Assembly (NCBI GenBank): GCA_963837175.1
Contig: CAWIMJ010000050.1
Coordinates: forward strand, 256,001-320,000
Origin: an uncultured Nitrososphaeraceae archaeon
GTDB taxonomy: Archaea > Thermoproteota > Nitrososphaeria > Nitrososphaerales > Nitrososphaeraceae
Direction of reading: 5' to 3'
Length of the DNA: 64,000 nt
How positions within the stretch are numbered: position 1 is the first letter of the stretch; the number at the start of each line of letters is the position of its first letter. Both the position numbers and the translations under genes were made by a program. The notes under the pieces were generated by a model that was not told the origin of the DNA, searched no databases, and worked only from the letters and a program-made list of their open reading frames with translations. Shown here in pieces: positions 1-10,513 of the stretch.

Positions 1-35
1 GATATAAATAAGCACAACCATTTCGCTATTAACAT

Positions 36-1247
36 ATGATAAGGATCGGCTTAATTGGCAAAACTAATACTGGGAAAACTACATTCTTCAACTCTGCAAC
101 TCTTGCCACGGCTGATATTTCAAATTATCCATTTACTACTAAACAGCCCAGTATGGGGAACGCTAATGCAATAACTCTTTGTGTTCATAAAGAATTCAAT
201 TTGCAGGATAACCCAAAGAATTCACGTTGTATAGATGGCTGGCGTTTTATTCCTGTTGAATTAGTCGATTTGCCTGGATTAATCAAAGGAGCATGGGAAG
301 GTAAAGGTTTGGGAAATCAATTCCTTTCTGTTGGAGCACAGTCTGATGCATTATTACACATCGTTGATGTCTCAGGAAGCGTTGACGCTGCGGGACGAAT
401 CGCAGAACCTGGAAGTGGAGATCCTATAGCTGACATAGGTGATATAGAAGAAGAGTTAGTAATGTGGTATCTGAAACTACTCGAAGGCAATCGCGACAAA
501 ATTTCGAGAGCGATCCATTCTGGGATTGATATCGTATCTGCAATTGCAGATGTATTTCGAGGTATCGGCGTGAAGGAAGAGCATGTCAAGTTAGCTCTCC
601 GCGAAAACCAACTTGAAAATCATAAATTTGATGAACTCGGTCCCCAAGAGATCAAGGACTTTTCTTGGAGTTTACGAGACTTATCAAAACCAACATTAAT
701 AGTTGCAAACAAAGTAGATTTGCCATCTGCTACCGATAATTTCAAGAGATTACGTGAAGAATATAAGGATATGATCATTGTTCCAGCTAGTGCCGATGCA
801 GAACTGACATTAAGACGGGCAGCGAATCGTGGATTAATTCATTATTCTCCTGGCGATGAAAGATTTGAGATTAAAGACCAGAGTGTTTTAACTGATAAAC
901 AAAAATGGGCTTTGAATTTCATAAGAAAAGATATTCTAGATGAATATATGAGAACAGGCGTTCAATTTGCCATCAATGTTGCTGTATTCAAATTACTCAG
1001 AATGAATGCTGTTTATCCTGTTGCTGAAGCAAGTAAACTTTCAGATAAATCAGGGAATATTCTGCCGGACGTTTATTTAATGAAATCTGGATCTACCGTA
1101 GAGGATCTTGCTAAAGAGGTTCATAGTGAGCTTGCTAAAGGATTGCTTTACGCGATAGACATTCGTGATGGTCTTAGATTACCAACTAATTATGAGATTA
1201 AAGACAGAGACATCCTTTCTATTATATCTACGCGAAAAAAAAAGTAA
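36..1247 (+). CDS. ychF: Obg-family YchF-like translation-associated NTPase with C-terminal TGS domain
   Basis: GKTNTGKTT P-loop, NYPFTT switch I, DLPG, NKVD and TGS-like end (GSTVEDLAKEVHSEL). Confidence 0.9.
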   Translation: MIRIGLIGKTNTGKTTFFNSATLATADISNYPFTTKQPSMGNANAITLCVHKEFNLQDNPKNSRCIDGWRFIPVELVDLPGLIKGAWEGKGLGNQFLSVGAQSDALLHIVDVSGSVDAAGRIAEPGSGDPIADIGDIEEELVMWYLKLLEGNRDKISRAIHSGIDIVSAIADVFRGIGVKEEHVKLALRENQLENHKFDELGPQEIKDFSWSLRDLSKPTLIVANKVDLPSATDNFKRLREEYKDMIIVPASADAELTLRRAANRGLIHYSPGDERFEIKDQSVLTDKQKWALNFIRKDILDEYMRTGVQFAINVAVFKLLRMNAVYPVAEASKLSDKSGNILPDVYLMKSGSTVEDLAKEVHSELAKGLLYAIDIRDGLRLPTNYEIKDRDILSIISTRKKK

Positions 1248-1615
1248 CTATAATAAAATATTAATGAGAACGAGCCAAGAAAGCTCAGAAGAATTAATTA
1301 AATCTGTTATCTTCTGATTAGGATGATCATAAGGAAGAATTAATTACTCGGAGAAATGTATATAGCATGTTAAAACAAGAAAACCAATACTGAATTTTTA
1401 CAACCTGTTAGGGCGGTGCGATCAGTCATAGACTAAGGAATACTCAAGCCCTGGACACTGATAATAGATATATCTATATATATCTAAAGAAATAAATCTG
1501 CGCGTGGATCTAAATTAATTATTCCACCGTGATCCGACATCATCTTATATGCTCAATCGATTTCATATTGTTTTGATCGATAATTCTCTTAACCTAATGA
1601 TTCGAAGACATAATG

Positions 1616-1990
1616 TCAGTTTAGAACCTTTTGGACTAAAGATCTTAAGATATACGAAATATTTTGAACATGATATGTCAAGTAGCCCATAGAACGAGTT
1701 CGCGTTAAAAATGTAATATGAAAAGATTTGGTATTTTCTCTTCCGCAGCTCATCGCGACGACTTCGTTTAATTCAATATAAATTCTTAAAAAATGCATTC
1801 CCTTGCTAGTTGTGATAAAGGTTTGTTCTTTAAGATGATAATCCAATAAGCCGTTTTGCTGCAAAATCACCAAATATTCTTTCAATTGCATATTCGATGG
1901 AAAGACTTTATTCAACATTCGCATGGCCGTTGCTCCTTCAATAGCAGCCTGTAGAATGAGTGCTACTAGCTCAATTCTACTTCTATTCAC
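1616..1990 (-). CDS. Winged helix-turn-helix regulator (archaeal NRSR-type); likely GTG start at 1990, C-terminus may be degenerate
   Basis: NRSRIELVALILQAA...QLKEYLVILQQNGLLDY...FITTSKGMHFL pattern of small archaeal wHTH proteins. Confidence 0.65.
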   Translation of the reverse strand: MNRSRIELVALILQAAIEGATAMRMLNKVFPSNMQLKEYLVILQQNGLLDYHLKEQTFITTSKGMHFLRIYIELNEVVAMSCGRENTKSFHITFLTRTRSMGYLTYHVQNISYILRSLVQKVLN

Positions 1991-2397
1991 ATTAGTGAAT
2001 AAATCTAATTGAATAAAAACTTCAGCATGAAGTATTATAGTAAATAAATCTTGTGTTTTTCTAGAAGTTTTATCAAATGACATAATATTCTTGAAAGAAC
2101 AATTGAGAACTGCAAGAAATCACGATACCGTTTCACTTATTTCCTGTCCTTTGACCATTAGATCTTCGAAGCATAAAGCTACAACCTTTAGATTTTCCTT
2201 TCCGAATGAATAGAATGAACACATGTATAGTATTAAAAGGTAATAAAATATTTGCGCTAGGATTAATTGCTAGAAACAACTTATAGATGATTTTTTTTAT
2301 ATAGGCATTTAGTTTTTTTTCTACTATATTGTCGTCATAGATTGTCTAACATTCTTTTATTAAAAAAATTCAAACATAAAAAAGGTAGGTCAATGGT

Positions 2398-2715
2398 ATG
2401 AAGAATAGATCCGAGATAGAAATTATGGCAGCCATACTGCGCTGTGCAACAGCTAATTGGGAATATAAAACTACTATTATGAATAATGCATCAGTATCAC
2501 ATTCACAATTAATTAGATATCTTGCTATTGCAGAAGATAGAGGTTTAATTGAATATTCAAAAATAACAGGTCTATATAGAACTACAGAAGCAGGACTAAT
2601 ATTCTTGGATAAACATGACGAGATTCTGCTTCTTTTACCTTCAATTACAGATTTACCTGATGTTATTCATCATTCAGAAGAGAATTCAGTAGTAAGTGAA
2701 ACTATCACAGAGTAA
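2398..2715 (+). CDS. Winged helix-turn-helix regulator, paralog of the divergent gene
   Basis: MKNRSEIEIMAAIL...QLIRYL...RGLIEY...YRTTEAGLIFL. Confidence 0.75.
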   Translation: MKNRSEIEIMAAILRCATANWEYKTTIMNNASVSHSQLIRYLAIAEDRGLIEYSKITGLYRTTEAGLIFLDKHDEILLLLPSITDLPDVIHHSEENSVVSETITE

Positions 2716-3238
2716 TGATAAGATCATTAAAATTCTATTGAGTATTAGAATGAATTACCTTTACATGTTTTGACAGCAATTCTTTGTCATTATATTGATT
2801 ACTGCAGTGAGGGCAAACTAGTCCATCTCTTTTGTCTATAAGAATGATTCAACTAAGATTATATAAGCAATCTTCCGCTAGTTATCGATTTACTGCGAAG
2901 TCTTTACAAAGATAATCCCAACCGAAAGAGTATATCTCTAGGTAATGTAGATAATTAGTCTAAGCGGTGATGAGACAACGCTGATAAAGATTTATACATC
3001 CTCAACAAGCAAACTTCTAATGCATTTTTTTTACCGCTAGTGGTACTTTCCAGCTTTGAAAACGCTCTCTAAGCTCTAAAAGATACCGGTTATTTTTTAA
3101 CTTTGACAACTCACTTCACTGACTGATTTGAGAACGAATTGCTGTTAAGTTTCTCTATATATAAACAAACGTATCTATTAATAAGATAACTTAGAATAAT
3201 AAAGCTTATTACTTTCCATTTTATGGAAATTTCATATA

Positions 3239-3583
3239 ATGAAAAGGTTAGACATTATTATTCCCCATGAACGACTTTCAGAAGTAAATGATATTCTCCA
3301 CAAGCATAAGGTGGGAGGCATCACATTTTATGACATCAAGGGTAGAGGTAGAGCAAAGCAAGAGCCATTGGCGGTTGGCAGAGGTGTAATGAGATATGTA
3401 CCAGAATTTGGTACTCGCACGAAGATAGAGGTTCTAGTTAAAGATTCTCTAGCTAAAGAAATTATCGACGATCTTCTCAAGAAGATAAGCACAGGATCCA
3501 CTTCGGATGGCAAAATTTTTGTCTATGATGTTGCTGAGGCTTATGACATTGGAAGTAAAGAGAGTGACGATAGTGCATTATAA
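3239..3583 (+). CDS. glnB: PII-family nitrogen regulatory protein (divergent)
   Basis: 114 aa, KGRGR T-loop base, TKIEVLV, DGKIFV B-loop. Confidence 0.9.
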   Translation: MKRLDIIIPHERLSEVNDILHKHKVGGITFYDIKGRGRAKQEPLAVGRGVMRYVPEFGTRTKIEVLVKDSLAKEIIDDLLKKISTGSTSDGKIFVYDVAEAYDIGSKESDDSAL

Positions 3584-3756
3584 CTTATAACCTATAAGGA
3601 AAGATGCATTGTCTGCAATTTCTTAAGTTTATTAATGTTTTAATCCTCAGTCAATAGAATTTTTGTTGCAAAGAAGGTCATCATATGTTTGTTGAAAATT
3701 GGTGTTAACAGACTCGACAAAGATGTTTATTACTGATGTTTCATCTATGATTTCGT

Positions 3757-3849
3757 ATGTCTGAAGAAACTGACATAGATGAAAAAGTTGAGGAGGACTT
3801 CGAAGAAGATTTGGATGAAGATCTATCTGATGACCAGGATGAAGAGTAA
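3757..3849 (+). CDS. Putative 30-aa hyper-acidic micropeptide MSEETDIDEKVEEDFEEDLDEDLSDDQDEE
   Basis: ATG at 3757 to TAA at 3847-3849; 19 of 30 residues are D/E with strong GAN codon periodicity; below the ORF-track cutoff. Confidence 0.55.
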   Translation: MSEETDIDEKVEEDFEEDLDEDLSDDQDEE

Positions 3850-4072
3850 CTGACCAAAGATAATTACATTATATGCTTCAAACAATATTTATCATTTCTC
3901 AAAGAAAGCGGATATGGACTTAAATCTGTACAAAAACTAAGTTGTATATCAGTTGATCCAATGCATAGCTAATAATAAGTCGAGTATCATGGGTTTTTAA
4001 TACTTTCATCAAATATATTAGTAGAATAGTTCTCATCATTCAAGAAAGAGGAAGTAAAAAAAATTTCTATTG

Positions 4073-4240
4073 TTATTGCTTGTAATCACTTAGTATATCA
4101 CGATACCTAGGATCCTTATAAGCTATATATTTTACATATTCGCCGTAGGTCATATCAAAAGAGCACTTGGAACATTTAACATAGTTAAAGTCATCAGATA
4201 GTTCAGCAGCCTCTTTGCAATCTGGACATCTAATTTTCAT
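4073..4240 (-). CDS. Small Zn-ribbon protein, 55 aa (MKIRCPDCKEAAELSDDFNYVKCSKCSFDMTYGEYVKYIAYKDPRYRDILSDYKQ)
   Basis: Manual translation; two CxxC pairs; directly downstream of rpo12 on the same strand. Confidence 0.8.
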   Translation of the reverse strand: MKIRCPDCKEAAELSDDFNYVKCSKCSFDMTYGEYVKYIAYKDPRYRDILSDYKQ

Positions 4241-4331
4241 ATGCGTTTGTTTATGATCAAGTTATAAGAATCTTTCAGTACAGGAATATAAATGATTAAG
4301 GTAATCAAAGTTTTTCTAGAATATCAGAACG

Positions 4332-4499
4332 TCAGATAGCCTTAAGCTGTTTTACAATCGGCTGCCTAGATTTCCGAAAGACACGAAATCCGCAGATACA
4401 CTTAATTTCAGGTAATCTTGATAACTCTTCAACCGATACTGCTGTTCCACATCGCATGCACTCGTAACTTACGGTTCCTAGAGTTTCTGAGTTTGCCAT
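4332..4499 (-). CDS. rpo12: DNA-directed RNA polymerase subunit Rpo12 (RpoP)
   Basis: Manual translation MANSETLGTVSYECMRCGTAVSVEELSRLPEIKCICGFRVFRKSRQPIVKQLKAI; YxCxxCG...IKCxCGFRVFRK is the Rpb12/RpoP signature. Confidence 0.9.
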   Translation of the reverse strand: MANSETLGTVSYECMRCGTAVSVEELSRLPEIKCICGFRVFRKSRQPIVKQLKAI

Positions 4500-4980
4500 A
4501 CATTATTATTGTATATATCGAGATTTAATTCTTATGTGGTCAAAGAATGAAAATTAATCTTGTTTTTATTGGATAATCTATAGAGCAACCTTCTGCCTGC
4601 ATCATAAAATTTAGAACAATATTCAGTAGTTAATATAAAACAAGCTGATACAGATAGACCTAGTTGAATAATCTCATTTAATCCTGCGCCCTATATTCGA
4701 GCAGTTTTTATTTTTATTCTCCAGTAATTCAAAAAAATATATAGGCTTTATTACTCCCTTGATATTAAAAAATTATCATCTTTGATAAATTTAAAATATT
4801 CTGCATATTCTTAACTCATATTGATTATATGAACTTGGATGTCTTGAATATATCTGCATCTAGCAGAAGAAATGACAATGTTGCTGAATATTTTACTATT
4901 ATAATTGAGATTGTATATAATTGACTCCTGTTCTATGTATGATAAATAGGGATGATTCTCAATATTAATTATTATCATAC

Positions 4981-6005
4981 ATGATGCTTGCTGCTATATT
5001 TCATAGTCCAAATATATATCTAGAAGAAAAAATCTTCCGAAAAGTAAAAATGGCATCTTAATACAAGTCACTGCCTGCGCCGTATGTGGCTACGATGAGA
5101 GAGTTTTAGAAACAGACATCAAATAGTGAAGCCACCGCTGATAGTAGGACCTGAGCTTTGTGGAGAAACACTTGAAAATGTAAATACATTCAATGAAAAC
5201 GTGATCGAATTAGGTACCCCAGTTGCTGTCTGGCCTATAATCTCCTGCTTAAATTGCAAATACTGCAATAATAAGCAATACAACTTATGTACTGATATAA
5301 CAGAGATAGGATCGACTGTAGATAGTCCTTTTGCTGAATTAGTCATGATACTTGAAGAAATTCTTCTAGTGGTATATTCTATATCACTCCCTGCTGGCCT
5401 TAGTAATGAAGAAGCCGCCTTGATTGACCCATTAACATGTTGTATAAATGGTTTTTCTCAAATGGGCAGGAAAATTGCGAAAGCGAGGTAGGGATAATCG
5501 GAGATAATCCCATTGGATTACTTCAGCTTTCAAAGTTACGTGGAGCAAAAAACTATAATAGTTGGAAAATATCTGCTAGAATAAAAAAAGCAAAATCTAT
5601 TGGGCAGACCACGTAATATTTGCTCATGATCTTAAGCAACCCAGACATGATATGTTAGAACATACAAACGGGGTAAGAGCCAACGCAATCACAGTGGACA
5701 CAACCAATCCAGATGCTTTAAACTTCAACAGCGATTGCAGCCGAGTTCGAAAATAAACATTTGAGAACTGCCAAAGGAAACTAGGATTCCAATAGATCCT
5801 AACTGGCTTCAATATAATCAAATATTTAATTGAAAGCTTTAGTTCTATGCAGGATATATTGCAGCAAGCTGCCAAAGCTGCGGATAATAAACAAGATCAA
5901 TTTAGGGAAGATAATTTGTCATAGGTTCTCACGTGTTCAAATAGAAGAGGCAATAGAAGTTCCACAATAATATTATGGCTTACGGGCCGTAATTACCATC
6001 TTTTA
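4981..6005 (+). pseudogene. Decayed Zn-dependent alcohol/polyol dehydrogenase (MDR family)
   Basis: MMLAAIFHSP start, ACAVCGYD, PLIVGPELCG (GHE eroded), CxxCxxCxxxxxNLC structural Zn site, EAALIDPLTCC; many frameshifts and stops. Confidence 0.8.
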
Positions 6006-6161
6006 AAGCTACTATACAAAGCCTTTTTCTTTTCATCAAGCTGCTAATAAATATCACAACAAATAGTCTGGTCATACAATTCAATTTACCTTTTTTTCTT
6101 GTTATAGAATCTTTTTACGTTTTATGACGAAACTAAAGTCAATCGTATCAGCTTATTTGTA

Positions 6162-6795
6162 TTATTTGTACAATACATTAACCTCTAATAAATGGTCTTC
6201 TAAACCATCTAAAAAAGATTTGAATTGAGTTATGGGCACTATTGGTGTTCCGTTTATGAGTCTGTACTGTGGTAGAATGAAGAGTTAATATTATGGGTAT
6301 TGCATAAGAGATATTACTTCCTTTTACAAGCAAGATTTTTGTCCTCTCAATTTGTCTTCTTACATAAAAGGAAGGCATTGATATGCTGCCATGGTTCCAA
6401 TGTTTGCAATCAACCGTAATAGCAAGCTGTGATTTCATTCCTATCACATCAATTTCCATTCGTGGTTTCGAAAAAGTTACATGAACTGCTGTGTTATAAC
6501 CAGATAATTTAAGAATTTTCGATGTCAGAGCTTCAAAATCCCTCCAAGTTAATTTTTTTGAGATCTGTTCTATATCACAACCCATCTTAATGGCTAAAAT
6601 TGCAATTTTTAATCTGTCGGCATTAGAAAACAGTATTTTACTTGCCGATGAAGTACCAATTCCGTTATTATGTAAGAAGTTTAAAACATTTTCTGCAACA
6701 GGTTTACTCCTTATATTGGCTCTAATCATAAATTCCTCTGCTGTTGTTTCTGACGAAATTCCAGATAAGGCTCTGGCCAATAACTCTGACTGCAT
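6162..6795 (-). CDS. Mrr-like restriction endonuclease-fold (PD-(D/E)xK) protein; frameshift near 6260
   Basis: LTWRDFE...EIDVIG...VDCKHW; the natural-looking C-terminus (LINGTPIVPITQFKSFLDGLEDHL) lies in another frame. Confidence 0.7.
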
Positions 6796-6958
6796 TGGTT
6801 AGAATAAATCATTTTACCGATATTTCAATCTGCTGAACGGTATATTTTAATATATATTTAGAATCATTGGAGAGCACTTTGCTGCAGATTATCTTTGGCA
6901 GCAAGAGAAATATTTCAGTTAGTTGATTGTCAATCAAATACCGTCGTAAAGGATTAGA

Positions 6959-7612
6959 TTAAATTTTTTTTATCTTATATTTTAGAAATGTAACAACTTT
7001 ATTAGTGTAAGAAAATTCATTTAGCTTTACTATATCTTCAATTGTGTCTATATCGATCATGATCCTTTTTATATGAATAATCTTTACACTTGCATTCGAT
7101 GCTTTTGCATTTTTGATATGAATATTATAACTATCGTTGTCATAATGTGTCTTCATTAATAGCGGAGGTCTTCGTAGCAGAGCATTGGATCCATCGAACC
7201 TACTGGAAGGACATATTACCACGCATCTTTCATGTTTTTGGGCTGCTGTGCAAATACATTCTATATCTTCCGGCAGGAGCAGAGGAAGGTCCTGTGGAAT
7301 AACAATGCTGGCGCCGACAGCATATTCTGAAATATAAGTATCGGCCAAAGCAACAGCAGCATTTACTCCTTGATCTTTTTTTTCTCCTAAGAATATTGCG
7401 TCATATTTTTTAACAATTTCTTCTGCGCGTTTATCGCTTGATACGATTACAGCCTGTGATATTACAGGCGTCTTAGTCAAAGTATTTAGGGTATTATCAA
7501 GAAATAGCTCTGAGAGTTTTATGCGTTCTTTAACTGTCAATAGCGATGCCAATCTCGACTTTGCTCTTTCAAAATTTTTCACTGGTACGATAGCAACTAC
7601 TTTCAAAGTCAA
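6959..7612 (-). CDS. cofC: 2-phospho-L-lactate/PEP guanylyltransferase (F420 biosynthesis)
   Basis: AIVPVKNFERAKSRL, QDLPLL, GSNAL, DIDTIED; overlaps cofD. Confidence 0.93.
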   Translation of the reverse strand: MTLKVVAIVPVKNFERAKSRLASLLTVKERIKLSELFLDNTLNTLTKTPVISQAVIVSSDKRAEEIVKKYDAIFLGEKKDQGVNAAVALADTYISEYAVGASIVIPQDLPLLLPEDIECICTAAQKHERCVVICPSSRFDGSNALLRRPPLLMKTHYDNDSYNIHIKNAKASNASVKIIHIKRIMIDIDTIEDIVKLNEFSYTNKVVTFLKYKIKKI

Positions 7613-8559
7613 GCACTTTTTATGTATCTCATAAGGTATGATCCCAATCTGATTTCATCATTTTTGTTTTTCATTAGGATGTCAGTTTGATATACTTTAA
7701 GGCCCAAATTTTGTATTCTTGATGATAAATTATAATCAGTTGGAGATATAATGAACTTGCCAATAAAATCAGAATAATAGTCAGCTATACCTACTGGAGA
7801 AATTTCCAATTTCATTGCTTTCATATACTTTACTGCCGGCCCACTTACGGCTTTTTCTCCAATTAAAGGAGAAATGGCAACGGTTTTTTCTCTCTCTTTA
7901 ATAAGATTTTTCTTTAGAACCTTAATCGAAAGAATGGGAGCAATACTTGTAATAGGGTTTGCTGGAGCGATTACAACCATTTCAGATTCTTTTATAGTTC
8001 GAATTATCTGCGGGTTAATCTTTGCTTTGTTGCTACCTTTATAGAGGATTTCCAAGACTTTAGGTTCTCCTCTATATTTAACCCAAAATTCCTGGATATG
8101 CATTTCTCCTTTATCCGTGAGAATTCTTGTCTCAATGGGGCTATCAGTAGCAGGGATTATTTTTGAAGAGATTCCATATCTGATTCTCATCCATTCAGTA
8201 ATTTCCGAGAGATTTTTTCCTCTTCTAAGCATACTAGTTCTTATGACATGGGTAGCTAGATCTTTGTCCCCTATCCTAAACCAGGCCTGTTCGCCTAACA
8301 CACGAATCTGCTGCAGGAAACCAAAAGAGTCATTTTTTATGCCCCAACCTTGTTGTTCATCAAGTGTGTCCGCCAAGCCATAAATGACAGTATCAATATC
8401 GGGGCAGATATAAAGTCCATACAGCCAAATGTTATCCCCTACGTTAGAGATAATTGTAAGATCTCGCGTCTGAGATGCTAATCCGCGTATTAACTTTATA
8501 GATCCGGTTCCTCCTGCGAGAACAGTAATCAAAGATAATGTCTCATTACACTGCCACAA
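7609..8559 (-). CDS. cofD: 2-phospho-L-lactate transferase (F420 biosynthesis); probable TTG start at 8532
   Basis: LAGGTGSIKL, NVGDN, ICPDIDT, WFRIGDKD, ANPITSI, SGPA. Confidence 0.93.
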   Translation of the reverse strand: MWQCNETLSLITVLAGGTGSIKLIRGLASQTRDLTIISNVGDNIWLYGLYICPDIDTVIYGLADTLDEQQGWGIKNDSFGFLQQIRVLGEQAWFRIGDKDLATHVIRTSMLRRGKNLSEITEWMRIRYGISSKIIPATDSPIETRILTDKGEMHIQEFWVKYRGEPKVLEILYKGSNKAKINPQIIRTIKESEMVVIAPANPITSIAPILSIKVLKKNLIKEREKTVAISPLIGEKAVSGPAVKYMKAMKLEISPVGIADYYSDFIGKFIISPTDYNLSSRIQNLGLKVYQTDILMKNKNDEIRLGSYLMRYIKSA

Positions 8560-9356
8560 TGTATAATTTTCGGAAGCATAAAATAGTATCGCTGTGATAC
8601 ATACCTACTAACATACCAGTCGGCGACTAGGAGATGTATTATAAAATGCTTTTGTACTACATAGAAAGAGACTGATTGATCGTGGAAAGAGCAATGAAGT
8701 GACTGTATTCTATAGGAAAATAGAAATAACGTCTACACAGAAGGAGACAATAAACTTTGATTTCTTAATTCGAAACTTGCAGTTAAATCTTGTATTAGAT
8801 TCATGGGAAGAGATGTTTCTCTTGAATTGTAATAAAGATAATATATTCCATACTTCTTTGTTACACTATAACGAAACTGTATTAAGAAACAAAAGTAGAC
8901 GGCCCCTGAGATAAATATTATCTATGACGAAGAATAAACTTGTTTCCTTCTTCTATTGAATGCAGATGAGAACATTTGGCATTCGAGAATCACGAAAAGA
9001 AAGAAACCCATTACATTATATTACATTATATTCCATTATATTGTTAAGAATTGTTAAGACACGTCTTTCAACAATTCTTAGCAAAGATGCATGTATTAGC
9101 CTAATTTTCTCCTTATTCTACATAGTATTTATGTTTTAGTTCTGGTCTGTGGACAATCTTTAGTTTTTCTCCCTTATTCGTCCTATCTTCTAATATCCAT
9201 AGAAACTACAATTTATATTTAATTAGTTTCCAATAAATTGACAAATTCAAATAGTTTATGTTATTTATTGAGCAAATATTCTCACCGATATTAATGATTA
9301 CAAGGAAAAACGTGTTCTCAATAAAGATTATAAACAGGAGATAGGAAAGTTTTTAT

Positions 9357-10400
9357 GTGAACCTCCCGCCATCAATTTTCTCAGCGATTATTGCAACATT
9401 TTTGATTGCAAGTATGGTCTATCCAGCATACGCAAATCAGATGACTGTATTTCTTGTCACAGAAAGTGACAAAGCTGATGCCGTGTTTACCGGTATAAGA
9501 TTCATCACTATGCAATATGCTCCAGGAAGCCAATTATCTAAACAGCTTGATGGCAAAAATGAAAGAGTAATGTTTACTATGAATGGCACAGAAGACGGTA
9601 TGAATCAACTGATATCAACAGTTAATCAAGTGTTAAGGACTGAAAAGCAAAGCCCTGTACAGATAAAAAATGCTACACTTGATTATACAGCATCAATTAG
9701 AGGTGAAGCAGATAAAGTTTCCATTGCATATAAAGTTGTACTAAAATCCAATATTTCGAGATTTGTATTAGAGCACAACGCAGAGCAAGGTACAGTTATT
9801 GATTTAGATTGGAGAGGAATAGTTCTGAAGCAGCCAATTATTTTAAATACAAAAGAATATGGCATGATAAATGTTAATTATCCTATCGGAGCACTTCAGG
9901 TTACTCATCCTGAAATCGCTCAGAAATTATTAAATTCTCAAGCAGCAGGAATTATGACTGATCCCTTGTTTAATTTCCAAGAGATTGCAACTCCCATGGA
10001 CAAGTGGCATTTCCTTTTTGATCCGACAGGTAGCCAGGCAGGCGCTGCTGGGGCAGGATACATTGAGGCAGGCCAATCTAAGGTTGTTTCTATTTATTCA
10101 CTTGGCGAAAGCAGCTTTAGAGAGGGAACCCACACAGCCATAGAAAAGGATGCAGTAGCCACAATTGATGGAGCACAAGTGGGTTTACACGCGTCTACGC
10201 CTCCTCCAAGTGGTCAGATTCAGATTACAGGATTTGCTAGGACTGCTCAAGCAGGAGGAGGAGAGCTTGCATTTGTTAGTTCACAAGCTCCTGCAGGAAC
10301 AACAACTGCTACTGGCGGTTTTCCTATACAAGTTCTACTTATATTAGGAGGAATGATGGGTGCAGTTGCAGTCTTTGTACTTTTGAAAGCAAGAAAGTGA
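9357..10400 (+). CDS. Exported protein with C-terminal membrane anchor, function unknown
   Basis: Signal peptide ending AYA; T/G-rich linker, hydrophobic helix and KARK tail. Confidence 0.8.
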   Translation: MNLPPSIFSAIIATFLIASMVYPAYANQMTVFLVTESDKADAVFTGIRFITMQYAPGSQLSKQLDGKNERVMFTMNGTEDGMNQLISTVNQVLRTEKQSPVQIKNATLDYTASIRGEADKVSIAYKVVLKSNISRFVLEHNAEQGTVIDLDWRGIVLKQPIILNTKEYGMINVNYPIGALQVTHPEIAQKLLNSQAAGIMTDPLFNFQEIATPMDKWHFLFDPTGSQAGAAGAGYIEAGQSKVVSIYSLGESSFREGTHTAIEKDAVATIDGAQVGLHASTPPPSGQIQITGFARTAQAGGGELAFVSSQAPAGTTTATGGFPIQVLLILGGMMGAVAVFVLLKARK

Positions 10401-10513
10401 TATATTTTTATAATTTTTTAAGATTATTTGGAACTATTAAATCTTATGAGAAAATTATTTACAAAACTACGGAAAATGCGTCCCTTAAATATATAGGCTT
10501 AAGCAGTTGAACC

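Noticed and set aside
1405-1458. Possible structured RNA (TTAGGGC...GCCCTGG enclosing an AGTC-ATA-GACT hairpin)
   Set aside because: The stems are short and match no riboswitch or ribozyme consensus I recognise
2962-3040. C/D-box sRNA-like GTGATGA...CTGA with AGCGGT/ACCGCT ends
   Set aside because: Only 7 nt between the boxes and no second C'/D pair
3826-3860. CTGATGA hammerhead-like core
   Set aside because: No stem II followed by GAAA; explained by the Ser-Asp-Asp codons of the acidic ORF
8699-8914. 71-aa ORF
   Set aside because: No motif and an AT-rich context; cannot be supported as a gene
9008-9060. ATTACATTAT and TTGTTAAGA short tandem repeats
   Set aside because: Adjacent low-complexity duplications without spacers; not CRISPR
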